This document shows, one piece after another, positions 31,609 to 41,327 of a DNA stretch of 64,000 nt. How positions within the stretch are numbered: the stretch's first letter is position 1; each line of letters begins with the position of its first letter. This stretch comes from an uncultured Candidatus Rokubacteria bacterium (GTDB taxonomy: Bacteria > Methylomirabilota > Methylomirabilia > Rokubacteriales > DASRDR01): positions 1 through 64,000 of the forward strand of contig CAVPSB010000032.1 in assembly GCA_963708025.1 (NCBI GenBank). Direction: 5' to 3'. Position numbers and translations under genes: made by a program. Below the pieces are notes generated by a model. It was not told the origin of the DNA. It saw only the letters and a program-made list of their open reading frames with translations, and did no database searches.

Positions 31609-32571
31609 CTACGGGGCGGCTGGTGGGGGCTCGATCGCGAGGAGGGCGATGGGATCGACCCGGGCGCCGCCGAGGAGCACCCCGAAGTGGAGGTGCGGGC
31701 CGGTGACCCGGCCGGTGGCGCCGACCGTGCCGAGCGTCTGCCCGCGCGTCACGACGTCACCGGTCGTGACGCGCGGCTCGTCCAGGTGGAAGTAGAGCGT
31801 GACGAGCCCGAGGCCGTGGTCCAGCACCACGAGCTGGCCGGCGAAGAAGTGGCGAGCCACCAGCGCGACCCGACCGGCGTTGGCCGCCAGCACGGGCGTC
31901 CCGACCGGCGCCGCCCAGTCGTAGCCGGTGTGGGGGCTCCGCGGCTGGTTGTTGATGATGCGCCGGAGCCCGAACCCGCCGGTCGGCCGGCCGTCGTCGA
32001 TCGGCGTGCGGAACGCCGCCCGCCAGAGCCGCTCGGGGACGGTCCCGGCCAGCGCGCCCTCCATCTCGGCCCGCTCCGCCTTGACCCGGGCCAGCGTCTC
32101 GGCGTCCAGGTCGACCTGGCCGGGTGGCAGGGTCAGGCGCTGGGTGTCGAAGGCCCGCGGGTGGATCCTCACCGAGCCGGTCCCGACGACGAGGCGCCCG
32201 CCCGTGGCCATGAGCCGGGTCAGGCGCCACTTGACGGGTCCCGGCACGACGTCCAGGTCCACGCCGGCCAGGGCGGCGACGCCGTCGCGGACCGGGAAGA
32301 AGCGGAGCGGGGCGGCTCCCAGCTCGCCCTCGAGGTCCGGCAGCGCCGCCTTCACGTGGACCAGGACGACGTCGCCGGGACGGGCACGCTCGGGGCTGAA
32401 GACCACGGTCGGGCCGGCGGCCGGCTGCAGGACGGCCGGGAGGATCAGGATCGCGAGCGCGGCGAGCCGAGCGGCTGACCGAGATCCCGGTACTGGTGAG
32501 GAGATTCCGGCGGCTCCTACATGCCGACTGTTGGCTTCTCGCAGCGCGCTGGCTCCCCGCCTCGCGGCCAT
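31609..32571 (-). CDS. M23 family metallopeptidase (start uncertain)
   Basis: HTGYD, LDHG, YFHL, TGPHLHF. Confidence 0.9.
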   Translation of the reverse strand: MAARRGASALREANSRHVGAAGISSPVPGSRSAARLAALAILILPAVLQPAAGPTVVFSPERARPGDVVLVHVKAALPDLEGELGAAPLRFFPVRDGVAALAGVDLDVVPGPVKWRLTRLMATGGRLVVGTGSVRIHPRAFDTQRLTLPPGQVDLDAETLARVKAERAEMEGALAGTVPERLWRAAFRTPIDDGRPTGGFGLRRIINNQPRSPHTGYDWAAPVGTPVLAANAGRVALVARHFFAGQLVVLDHGLGLVTLYFHLDEPRVTTGDVVTRGQTLGTVGATGRVTGPHLHFGVLLGGARVDPIALLAIEPPPAAP

Positions 32572-32610
32572 GGCGTTCCGCTTCGAGCCGCGGCTACGCC
32601 GCGGCCTCCG

Positions 32611-32648
32611 CGGGGGGGAATCGGGGGGGTCTTCCGAGACCCCCCCGA
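32611..32648. repeat. REP-like palindrome, family C
   Basis: TCGGGGGGGTCTTCCGAGACCCCCCCGA; relatives at 36417-36452, 52306-52345, 54955-54995, 18113-18140, 12510-12530. Confidence 0.75.
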
Positions 32649-32653
32649 GGTTC

Positions 32654-33541
32654 TCATTCGCGGTCGGGCTGGGGCGGCTGCTGGCGCATGAAGCGCTCGA
32701 TCTCGGCGACCAGGTCCTGGGCGCTGGGCAGCTCCCCCGAGGGCTCCTGGAGTGGCTCCTCGGCGACGGCGTGCGCCTCGAGCTTCCGCACGTAATTGGC
32801 CACCTTGCGGTTCTGCGCGAGGACCTCCGCGAGCTGGGTGTCGAACTGGGCCCCCGCCTCCTCGAGCTCCTGGACGTCGAGCGGCGCGTCGAGCAGCCGA
32901 TTGAGCCCCTGCACCAGCGCGAGCGTGGCGCGGGGGTTCTCGACCGCCGAGATGTAGTGGGGGACGTTGGCCCACAGGCTCGCGGTGGCGACCCCGGCGG
33001 CCCGCGCGGTCGAGGAGAGCACGCCCACGATCCCGGTCGGGCCCTCGTAGCGGGTCGGCCGCACGCCGAGCACCGCGGACAGCTCCGGATCGGTGGCGAA
33101 CCCGGTCAGGCGGATCGGGCGGGTGTGGGGGACCTCGGCGAGGAGCGCGCCCAGGGTGACGATGAGTCCGACCTCGAGCTCCCGGACCATGTCCAGGATC
33201 GTCCGGCAGTAGGTCTTCCACCGGAGGTGGGGCTCGGTGCCGACCCCGATCAGCACGTCCCGCGCGAGCGACTCCCGGATGCAGGCCGAGAACTCGGTGT
33301 CCGGCCAGACGATCTCCCGCTCGGTCGTCCCCGGCTTGAACCGCACCTGGGGCCGGGTGAGCCCGAAGTGATAGAACTCCTCGGAGTCGAGCGTGGCCAG
33401 GGGCTGGCCGTCCCAGGCCTGGCGCAGGAAGCGGGCCGCGTTGGTCGCCGACTCGGCCGCGTCGTTCCACCCGGCGAACGCCATGACGAGGACGGGGCGG
33501 CGCAGCCGGCCGGGCCGGTTCTGGTAGGTGAGGTGGGCCAT
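32654..33541 (-). CDS. PAC2 (proteasome assembly chaperone) family protein
   Basis: AFAGWNDAA, EPHLRW, LGALLAEVPHTRP, YEGPTGI, WANVPHY. Confidence 0.9.
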   Translation of the reverse strand: MAHLTYQNRPGRLRRPVLVMAFAGWNDAAESATNAARFLRQAWDGQPLATLDSEEFYHFGLTRPQVRFKPGTTEREIVWPDTEFSACIRESLARDVLIGVGTEPHLRWKTYCRTILDMVRELEVGLIVTLGALLAEVPHTRPIRLTGFATDPELSAVLGVRPTRYEGPTGIVGVLSSTARAAGVATASLWANVPHYISAVENPRATLALVQGLNRLLDAPLDVQELEEAGAQFDTQLAEVLAQNRKVANYVRKLEAHAVAEEPLQEPSGELPSAQDLVAEIERFMRQQPPQPDRE

Positions 33542-33562
33542 GCGGCCTTTATCCTAGCACGC

Positions 33563-34426
33563 CTACCCGGTCGCGGTCGGATTGTGCGGGTCGTGCTCCC
33601 ACTCGTACCAGGAGCCGGCGAAGTTGCGGGCGCGCGGGTAGCCGAGGAGCCGAGCGCCGAAGAGCCCGATGGCGGCCGACACGCCCGCGTTGCAGTAGGT
33701 GACGACGTCGCGATCCGGGGTCACCCCCGCCTCCTCGAAGAGGCGGCGCAGCTCCCCGTCCGAGCGCCAAATTTTGTGCTCGCCGTCCATGAGTCGGCCG
33801 ACCGGCAGGCTCACCGCGCCCGGGATGCGGCCGACCCGGTCGCCGCGGCCGATCTCGCCGCGGAACTCGGCCGGGCTCCGGCAGTCCACGAGGACCAGCC
33901 CGGGATCGTCGAGGCGACGGCGCACCTCGTCCACCGAGGCCCGCCACCCGGGCTCGACGCGGGCGGTGAAGCGGGCGGGGGCGTGCCGGGGCGGCTCGCC
34001 GGTCACCGGTCGCCCCTCGGCGACCCACTTGGTGAAGCCTCCGTTCAGCACGCGGACGGCGGGGTGGCCGTAGTAGTGGAGCGCCCACCAGAGCCGTGGG
34101 GCCAGGTGGCCGCTGTCGTCGTAGACGACGACGGCGTGCTCGTCCCCGATGCCGAGCCGCCCCATGAGCGCCGCGAAGCGGTCGGCGCCGGCCACCGTCA
34201 TCTTGACCGGCGCCGAGGGATCGACGATGTCCTGGAGCCAGTCCACGAAGACGGCCCCCGGGATGTGGCCCGCCTCGTACGCCTCCCGGCTGGCGGCGTA
34301 CCAGGGCGGGGGCGCGGTCGGCGGCTTGATGGAGCCCCGGATGTCCACGACCCGGAGGCCCGGGTCGCCGAGACGGGCGGCGAGCCAGTCGGTCTCGGCT
34401 AGCATCGAGTCGCGCGGCGTTGTCAT
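33563..34426 (-). CDS. Two-domain sulfurtransferase (rhodanese/SseA-like)
   Basis: GHIPGAVF, VLNGG, GRIPGA, YCNAGVSA, GSWYEW. Confidence 0.92.
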   Translation of the reverse strand: MTTPRDSMLAETDWLAARLGDPGLRVVDIRGSIKPPTAPPPWYAASREAYEAGHIPGAVFVDWLQDIVDPSAPVKMTVAGADRFAALMGRLGIGDEHAVVVYDDSGHLAPRLWWALHYYGHPAVRVLNGGFTKWVAEGRPVTGEPPRHAPARFTARVEPGWRASVDEVRRRLDDPGLVLVDCRSPAEFRGEIGRGDRVGRIPGAVSLPVGRLMDGEHKIWRSDGELRRLFEEAGVTPDRDVVTYCNAGVSAAIGLFGARLLGYPRARNFAGSWYEWEHDPHNPTATG

Positions 34427-34528
34427 GCAGTCCTCCCGCCAAATTGTAGCGGGGGTGTCCCCCAGCGTCCAGACTGCGGTATATTCGGAGCCGCCGGCCC
34501 AAACCGCCAACCCCGACAGGAGGCTCGC

Positions 34529-35044
34529 ATGGCCCAGGTGACGTTCAAGGGGACCCCCGTGGCCCTCGCCGGACCCGAGATCAAGCCCAACCAGCAGGCG
34601 CCCGACTTCTCCGTCGTGGACACCGCGCTCCAGCCCGTCCGCCTCAGCGCGGCGCGGGGCAAGGTCGTGATCCTGAGCGCGGTGCCGTCGCTCGACACCC
34701 CGGTCTGTGACATGGAGACGCGGCGCTTCAACGAGGAAGCCACCAAGCTGGGCGCCGACGTCGAGGTGTGGACGATCAGCATGGACCTGCCGTTCGCCCA
34801 GAAGCGCTGGTGCGGGGCGGCCGGCATCACGCGGGTCAAGACGCTGTCCGACTTCCGTGACAAGAGCTTCGGCCAAGCCTACGGCACCCTCATCAAGGAC
34901 GGACCGCTGGCCGGGCTGGAGGCGCGCGCGGTCTTCGTCGTCGGCAAGGACGGCCAGGTCAGCCACGTCGAGTACGTCAAGGAAGTGACCACCGAGCCGA
35001 ACTACGAGGCGGCGCTGAGCGCGGCGAAGGCCGCCGCCCGGTAG
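34529..35044 (+). CDS. tpx: Thiol peroxidase
   Basis: VPSLDTPVC, SMDLPFAQKRWC, RAVFV. Confidence 0.95.
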   Translation: MAQVTFKGTPVALAGPEIKPNQQAPDFSVVDTALQPVRLSAARGKVVILSAVPSLDTPVCDMETRRFNEEATKLGADVEVWTISMDLPFAQKRWCGAAGITRVKTLSDFRDKSFGQAYGTLIKDGPLAGLEARAVFVVGKDGQVSHVEYVKEVTTEPNYEAALSAAKAAAR

Positions 35045-35087
35045 CGCCGGCGCTGGCCGGCGGCAACCCCTCACACAGGAGGAGGCC

Positions 35088-36404
35088 ATGCGCACGATGA
35101 CGCGCTGGATCGCGTTCGGGCTCTGCGCCGGATGGCTCGCCCTGGCCCCGGCGGCTGACGCCGCCCAGCTCACGTGGTGGAGCCACTGGGCCGTGGAGGA
35201 CAGCAAGAAAGCGGTGCTGTTCGAGGCCAAGCGGCGGTTCGAGGCCAAGCACCCCGGCAATACGGTCGAGATCACCTTCTACGAGAAGAAGAACATGTGG
35301 CCGGCGCTCCGGGCCGCCTTCACCGCCGGCTCCGGCTTCCCGGACGTCTTCTACTACGACCAGGACGTGCCGGAGTTCGTGACCGCCGGCTGGCTGGCCG
35401 ACCTGACGAGCGGCATCCGGTGGGAGAACATCGAGCCCTACGGCAAGGCGTTCTGGACCCGTCCCGGGGCAGGCGGCCCAACAGCGAAGGTCGGCGTCTG
35501 GGCCATCCCCGTCGAGGCCGCCTCGGACGAGATCTACTTCAACAAGAAGCTCTTCAAGGAGCTCGGCATCACGGTGCCCGCGAGCTTCGCGTTCACGCAG
35601 GACCAGTTCAAGGACGTGGTCGCGAAGTGCGCCAAGGCCGGCCTGGCTGCCTTCGCCACCGGCGCCGCCGACCGGGAGTGGGCGGCGATGTACATCCCCG
35701 ACGCCCTGCTGCTCTCCAAGCTGGGCTACGCCGACACCAAGAAGCTCTTCGCCGGCGAGATCTCCTGGAAGGACCCGCGGGTCGCCGACGTCTTCCGCTA
35801 CTACAAGGAGCTGGTCGACCTCGGCGCCTACGCGAAGACGCTGACCAGCATGACGCTGGCCGAGGCCCACCGGTACTTCCACACCGAGCAGAAGGCGTGC
35901 ATGTTCCCGGTCGGCTCCTGGTACACGGGCCGGGCCTTCGTGCCGCCGGACAAGGGCGGCCAGCCCAAGGACTTCGAGCTGGGGCTGCTGAACAACCCGC
36001 TCATGAAGGACGGCAAGGGGCACGGCGAGAAGTTCCTCGGTGTCGCCGGCTCCCTGGCGGTGGCGGCCAAGAGCAACCACCTGCCGCTGGCCATCGAGGT
36101 GGCCAATGCCTTCGCCGACGTCGAGATCGGGAACATGTGGATGGCCCGGACCGGCATCCAGACGGGGATCAAGACGGACCCCGCCCGGATCGACAGCCCG
36201 ATCAAGTGGTACTTCGACGAGTTCGCGAAGGTCAACAAGACCACCAAGTGGGTGGACCTGACGGCCCAGGCGGTCAAGGCGATCATGAAGCCGGGGCTGT
36301 GGGAGACGTACGTCGCCACGGTGAACCAGGGGCTGCCCAACCGGCTGATCGGGGCCGACGAAGCCATGGCCAAGCTCGAGGAGGCGCGCCTCAAGGGGAA
36401 GTGA
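35088..36404 (+). CDS. Carbohydrate ABC transporter substrate-binding protein
   Basis: Signal peptide; PDVFY, IYFNKKLFKELGI; followed by permeases. Confidence 0.9.
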   Translation: MRTMTRWIAFGLCAGWLALAPAADAAQLTWWSHWAVEDSKKAVLFEAKRRFEAKHPGNTVEITFYEKKNMWPALRAAFTAGSGFPDVFYYDQDVPEFVTAGWLADLTSGIRWENIEPYGKAFWTRPGAGGPTAKVGVWAIPVEAASDEIYFNKKLFKELGITVPASFAFTQDQFKDVVAKCAKAGLAAFATGAADREWAAMYIPDALLLSKLGYADTKKLFAGEISWKDPRVADVFRYYKELVDLGAYAKTLTSMTLAEAHRYFHTEQKACMFPVGSWYTGRAFVPPDKGGQPKDFELGLLNNPLMKDGKGHGEKFLGVAGSLAVAAKSNHLPLAIEVANAFADVEIGNMWMARTGIQTGIKTDPARIDSPIKWYFDEFAKVNKTTKWVDLTAQAVKAIMKPGLWETYVATVNQGLPNRLIGADEAMAKLEEARLKGK

Positions 36405-36569
36405 TGTAGGTTCCTTCGAGGGGGTCTGGGAAGACCCCCCCGATTCCCCCCCGCCGTGGCGGCCGCTGTTGGACGGCCTTCGGCCTTTGGGCCGCCGCTC
36501 GGAGGTTCTGCGTGGCTCACGTCGCACGGCCGGCGACACGACATACTCGGACAGACTCGTAGCCCCGTC

Positions 36570-37522
36570 TTGGAAAAGGTCGAGGCGCTCCCCCACGTCC
36601 TGCCCCGGGTCGCCACCCGGCGGCCCGGGCCGAGACGCCCGTGGGGCGCCATCGCCGTCTTCATCGGCCCCACCCTCGCGCTCTACCTCGCCTTCACGAT
36701 CTACCCGATCCTCGTCACCTTCTACAACAGCCTCCACACCCTCCGCATGGACCTCGGCATGCAATACGAGTGGGTCGGGCTCGCCCACTTCCGCGAGATC
36801 CTGACCGAGGACGAGGTCTTCTGGAAGGCGGCGGGCAACTCGCTCACCTGGGGCCTGGTGGCGCCGCTGATCGACATCCCGCTGGCCCTGCTCCTCGCGC
36901 TGGCGCTGGCCGGCCGGGTGCCGCTCGCCGCGGTTCTTCCGCACGGTGTGGTTCACCCCGGTCCTCATGTCCTACCCGGTGGTGGGCGTGATCTGGCTCT
37001 GGGTCTACAACTACGACTGGGGGATGGCCAACCTGCTCTTGCGATCCGTCGGCCTGGGCCAGTACGCCCAGGCCTGGCTGGCCAGCCCGGCCACCGCGCT
37101 GCCCGCCCTGATCCTGGTCACCACGTGGATGTTCGCCGGCTTCAACATGGTGGTCCTGCTGGCGGCGATCCACGCCATCCCCGGCGAGTACCTGGACGCC
37201 GCCCGGGTGGACGGCGCCGGCAGCGTCCGCCGCACGCTCCACATCGTCGTCCCGCTGGTGCGGCCGACCCTGGTCAACCTGGCGATCCTCGACTTCATCG
37301 GCAAGATGAAGCAGTTCGCGCTGGTCTGGGTCATGACCCGCGGGCGGCCCGATGTGGGGCACGGAGACGGTCGCGACCTACGTCATCAAGCGGGCCTTCG
37401 AGTGGAAGACGCTCGACCTCGGCTACCCCTCGGCGATCGCGGTCCTGTGGTTCGTCATCATCTTCGGGCTGTCCTACGGCCTGACGCGCGTGCTGCAGCG
37501 GCGGGAGACGCTCCAGTTTTGA
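36570..37522 (+). CDS. Carbohydrate ABC permease (frameshifts near 36930 and 37345)
   Basis: VGLAHF, DAARVDGA EAA motif, LGYPSAIA. Confidence 0.85.
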
Positions 37523-38346
37523 GCGCGGTCAAGCGGCTCGCGCTCCTGGTGCCCCTCCTGGCCTACACGGCGTTCTCGGCCGGCCCGTACCTCTGGACCG
37601 CGATGATGTCGCTCCGGACGACCGACGAGATCTACCGCAGCCACTACGGCCTGCCCATCCCGCCCCACTGGGACAAGTACCACGCCGCCTGGACCCAGTT
37701 CGGCTACGCCACCTACTTCCGGAACAGCGCCATCGTGACGGTGGCGTCGGTCGTCCTGGTGACCCTGTTCGGCGCGATGGCGGGGTTCGCCTTCGGGCGG
37801 CGGCGCTACGCCTTCCCGCTCCGCGAGCCCTTGTTCCTGCTCATCTTCCTGTCGGTCATGTTCCCGCCCCAGATCATGCTGCTGGCCCTCTTCCAGATCC
37901 TGGTGCAGTACAAGCTGTTCAACTCGCTGACCGGGCTGGTCCTGGTCTACGTGACGACCGAGCTGCCGCTCACCATCTACCTGCTGCGGGCCTTCTTCGC
38001 CCAGATCCCCCAGGAGCTGGAGGAGGCGGCCCGGATCGACGGCTGCGGCGACTGGGCGATGTTCTGGCGGGTGATGTTCCCGATGGCGCTGCCGGCGGTC
38101 GCCACCACCGTGATCCTGAACTTCATCTACTTCTGGAACGAGTTCCTCTACGCGGTCGTGTTCATCACCCGGCAGCAGATCCGGACGCTCCCCCTGGCGA
38201 TCCAGTTCCTGGTCAGCGACCAGTACTTCGACATCGGCATGCTGGCGACCGGCCTCATGATCGCCACTCTCCCGGTGCTGGTCCTCTACCTGTTCCTCTC
38301 CGAGTGGTTCGTCAAGGGGATGACCGCCGGCGCCATCAAGGGGTGA
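37519..38346 (+). CDS. Carbohydrate ABC permease
   Basis: TTGA overlap start; [23 protein letters not shown]. Confidence 0.9.
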   Translation: MSAVKRLALLVPLLAYTAFSAGPYLWTAMMSLRTTDEIYRSHYGLPIPPHWDKYHAAWTQFGYATYFRNSAIVTVASVVLVTLFGAMAGFAFGRRRYAFPLREPLFLLIFLSVMFPPQIMLLALFQILVQYKLFNSLTGLVLVYVTTELPLTIYLLRAFFAQIPQELEEAARIDGCGDWAMFWRVMFPMALPAVATTVILNFIYFWNEFLYAVVFITRQQIRTLPLAIQFLVSDQYFDIGMLATGLMIATLPVLVLYLFLSEWFVKGMTAGAIKG

Positions 38347-38367
38347 TCGATCGTCCGTCCGGTGCGA

Positions 38368-39062
38368 TCAGCTCCGATCGGCTTCGAACCGGTAGCCCTG
38401 GCCGTGGACGGTGAGGATGTGCGCGCGGGCGCTCCGGGTCGAGCTCGAGCTTCTGGCGAAGCCTCGAGCACGTGGGTGTCCACCGTCCGCGTCGTGGGAA
38501 AGCGCTCGTACCCCCACACCTCGTCCAGCAGCCGGTCGCGGGTGACGACCTCGCCCCGGTGCTCCACGAAGTATCTGGAGGAGGTCGAACTCCTTCCGCG
38601 TCATCGCGTACCTCGCTGCCCCCGCTCTTGAAGACCTGGCGGCCCCGGAGGTGCAGGCGGACGTCGCCGAAGGCGTAGGTCGTGAGGCGCTGGCGCGGCC
38701 CCGGGCCGTCCGGAGGACGGCCCGCACGCGGGCCAGCAGCTCCGGAGCGAGAACGGCTTGGTCACGTAGTCGTCGGCGCCCAGCTCCAGCCCCAGCACCC
38801 GGTCGACCTCCTCGCCCCGCGCCGTCAGCATGATGACCGGGATGTCGAGCTGCTTGTCGCGCAGGGCCCGGAGCACGTCCCAGCCGCTCATCCGGGGCAT
38901 CATGATGTCCAGGAGCACGAGGTCCGGCCCCTCCCGGAGGGCCAGCGCCAGCCCGGCGGCGCCGTCGGTGGCCGAGAGCGTCTGGTAGCCCTCGAAGCGG
39001 AAGTTGTCCTCCAGCCCCCGCACCATCTCCGGCTCGTCGTCGATGACCAGGATGCGCGCCAC
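38368..39062 (-). CDS. OmpR-family response regulator (multiple frameshifts)
   Basis: [51 protein letters not shown] in shifted frames. Confidence 0.85.
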
Positions 39063-39072
39063 GACGGGAAGG

Positions 39073-40592
39073 TCAGGTCCGCGGCCCGGCGACGGGCAGC
39101 CAGAGGGTGAACCGGCTGCCCGGCGCCCGGCCGGCTGTCCACCGTCACCTGCCCGCCGTGGGCCTCGGCCACGTGGCGGACGAGAGCCAGGCCGACCCCG
39201 CTGCCGCGCCGGCCCTGGGTGTCGCTCCGTCCCGCGCGGTAGAACTTCTCGAAGATGCGCGCCTGCTCCTCGCGCGGGATGCCGATCCCCTCGTCCTCCA
39301 CCGACAGGGCGAGCCGGCCGTCCCGGACCTCCGCGCCCAGCCGCAGGGTCTTCCGCTCGCCCGAGTACTTCATCGCGTTGTCGATGAGGTTGGCGAGCGC
39401 CTGGCCGACGGCGTCGGCGTCCATCACCACCTCGGGCAGGTCCGGCGCCACCCGCGCCTCGACCCGGAAGCCCGCCTGGCCCAGCGGGTACTCGAACGCC
39501 TCCAGCGCCTCGCGGACCAGCGGCTCGACGGGCGTGGGCACCAGGTCGTATCGCCGGCGCCCGCCCTCGATCCGGGAGAAGTCGAGCACGTTGTCGATCA
39601 GCCGGGACAGCCGCTCGCTCTCCCGCGTGATCACGCGGTAGTACTCCTGGCGCTGCGGCCTCGTCACGGACTCGCCCCAGCTCGAGCGTCTCGCCGAACA
39701 TCCGGATCAGCGAGAGCGGCGTCTTGAGGTCGTGTGAGACGTTGGCCACGAAGTCGGCCTTGAGCCGCGCGATCTCGGTCTCCCGCCGGACCAGGCGGTA
39801 GGTGGCGACGACGCCCGCCACGATCACGGCCAGCAGCAGGCAGAGCGCGCCGGTGAAGGTCGTGATCTGGCGGCGCAGGGCCTCCCGGGGCGAGGCCCCC
39901 GGCGCCCGGTAGAGCGCCAGGCGCCACGACGGGAGCGCCTGGCCGAAGCTCACCGTGACCAGGCGATCGGCTTCGGCCGGCGTCGCCGACCGATAGACCG
40001 GCTGCCCGCGCTGGTCGAGCACGGAGACGACCGCCGTCCGCTCCAGCGGGCCGAGCGCCGGGTCCAGGACGTCGCGCCGGAGCACCTCGGGGTTCCGGGT
40101 GAAGGCCGCGAGCAGCGAAGCGCCAGCGGCCGTCTTGACGAGGGCGGCGACGAGAACCCGGTCGCCGCCGATGACCTGACGGCGGCCGGGACGATCCCCG
40201 ACGCCGTCGCGGACCCTCGCCAGCGCTCCGGCCACGACCGGCGCGGCGTCCGGCGTCCCGCTCGCGGGGAAGAGGAGCCGGCCCCGCAGGTCGGCCAGGT
40301 ACAGGTCCTGGATCAGCGGCGTGCTGGCCCGGAAGGCCTCGAGCCGGTCCGGCACGAAGTCGGCCGCGCCGACGACCTCGGCCAGCCGACCCAGGATCCC
40401 CTCCTCCAGCTGCTGGAGTCCCATCTCGATCGTCTCCGCCGCCATGCTCGCCATGTACCGGGTCTGCTCGCTGAAGAGCTGCTCGGCCGACGCCTCCCAC
40501 TGCCGGAGGGAGACGTAGCCGAGGACCCCCAGGATGGCGGCCGCGACGACGATCGCCAGGAGCGAGCCGACGATGAACGCCCGCCCCGTCAC
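39073..40592 (-). CDS. Membrane sensor histidine kinase (frameshifted near 39655 and 39120)
   Basis: 2 TM; VSHDLKTPL; NLIDNAMKY, DEGIGI, GSGVGL. Confidence 0.88.
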
Positions 40593-40598
40593 CGGCCC

Positions 40599-41150
40599 TC
40601 ATCCCCCGACCGGCTCGGCCAGGAGCTTCGCCAGCAGGGCTTCCGTCTCCTCGTAGGCGCCCTCCCCGATGTGCGCGTAGCGGACGATCCCCCGGCGATC
40701 GACGACGATCCGGGTCGGCCACGCCCAGACGCCGAAGCGCTTCCAGATCGCGGTGTCGTTGTCCTGGACGACCGGGTAGCGGATGTCGAGCCGCCGGACG
40801 GCCTCGACCACCTTGTCGTGGGGCTTCTCCCAGAGGAACTCCGGAGTGTGCACCCCGACGATCGTCAGGCCCTCGGCCTCGTACTTCCGGTGCCAGACCC
40901 GCAACTGCGGGATCACATTCTGGCAGTTGATTCAGCCGAAGGTCCAGAACTCGACGACCACCACCCGGCCGCGAAGGGTCCCGAGGGACAGGGGGGAGCT
41001 GTTGATCCAGGGCCTGCCGGTCAGCTCGGGCGCCGGCTGGCCCACCCGCGCCACGCGCTGGCCGAGCGCGCCCGGCGCCCCGGCGAGCGCCAGCGCCCCT
41101 GCCGTGGACAGCACGAGTAGCCCCCGCAGCGCTCCCGTCCGGATGCTCAT
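40599..41150 (-). CDS. Thioredoxin/redoxin (DipZ/TlpA-like), predicted selenoprotein UxxC
   Basis: EFWTFG-TGA(40934-40932)-INCQN continues in frame to GVHTPEF, WP, GEG. Confidence 0.88.
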
Positions 41151-41327
41151 CGGCGCCTCCTCGGGGACGCGCCCGACTGGCCGCCCCGCCCCCTCAGTAT
41201 GGAACGGAGAAGACGGCCGGATGTCACAACGCTGTCAGATCGGGATGGGGGACGTCCCGACCCCCCTCCCCCACCCGTCGGGGGGAGGGGGTCGGAGCGG
41301 CCTCAGCGGCCGACGACCAGGACCGGT

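Noticed and set aside
38601-40592. Hybrid kinase-receiver fusion
   Set aside because: Frameshifts join separate HK and OmpR genes; the HK stop is at 39073 and the RR start at 39062.
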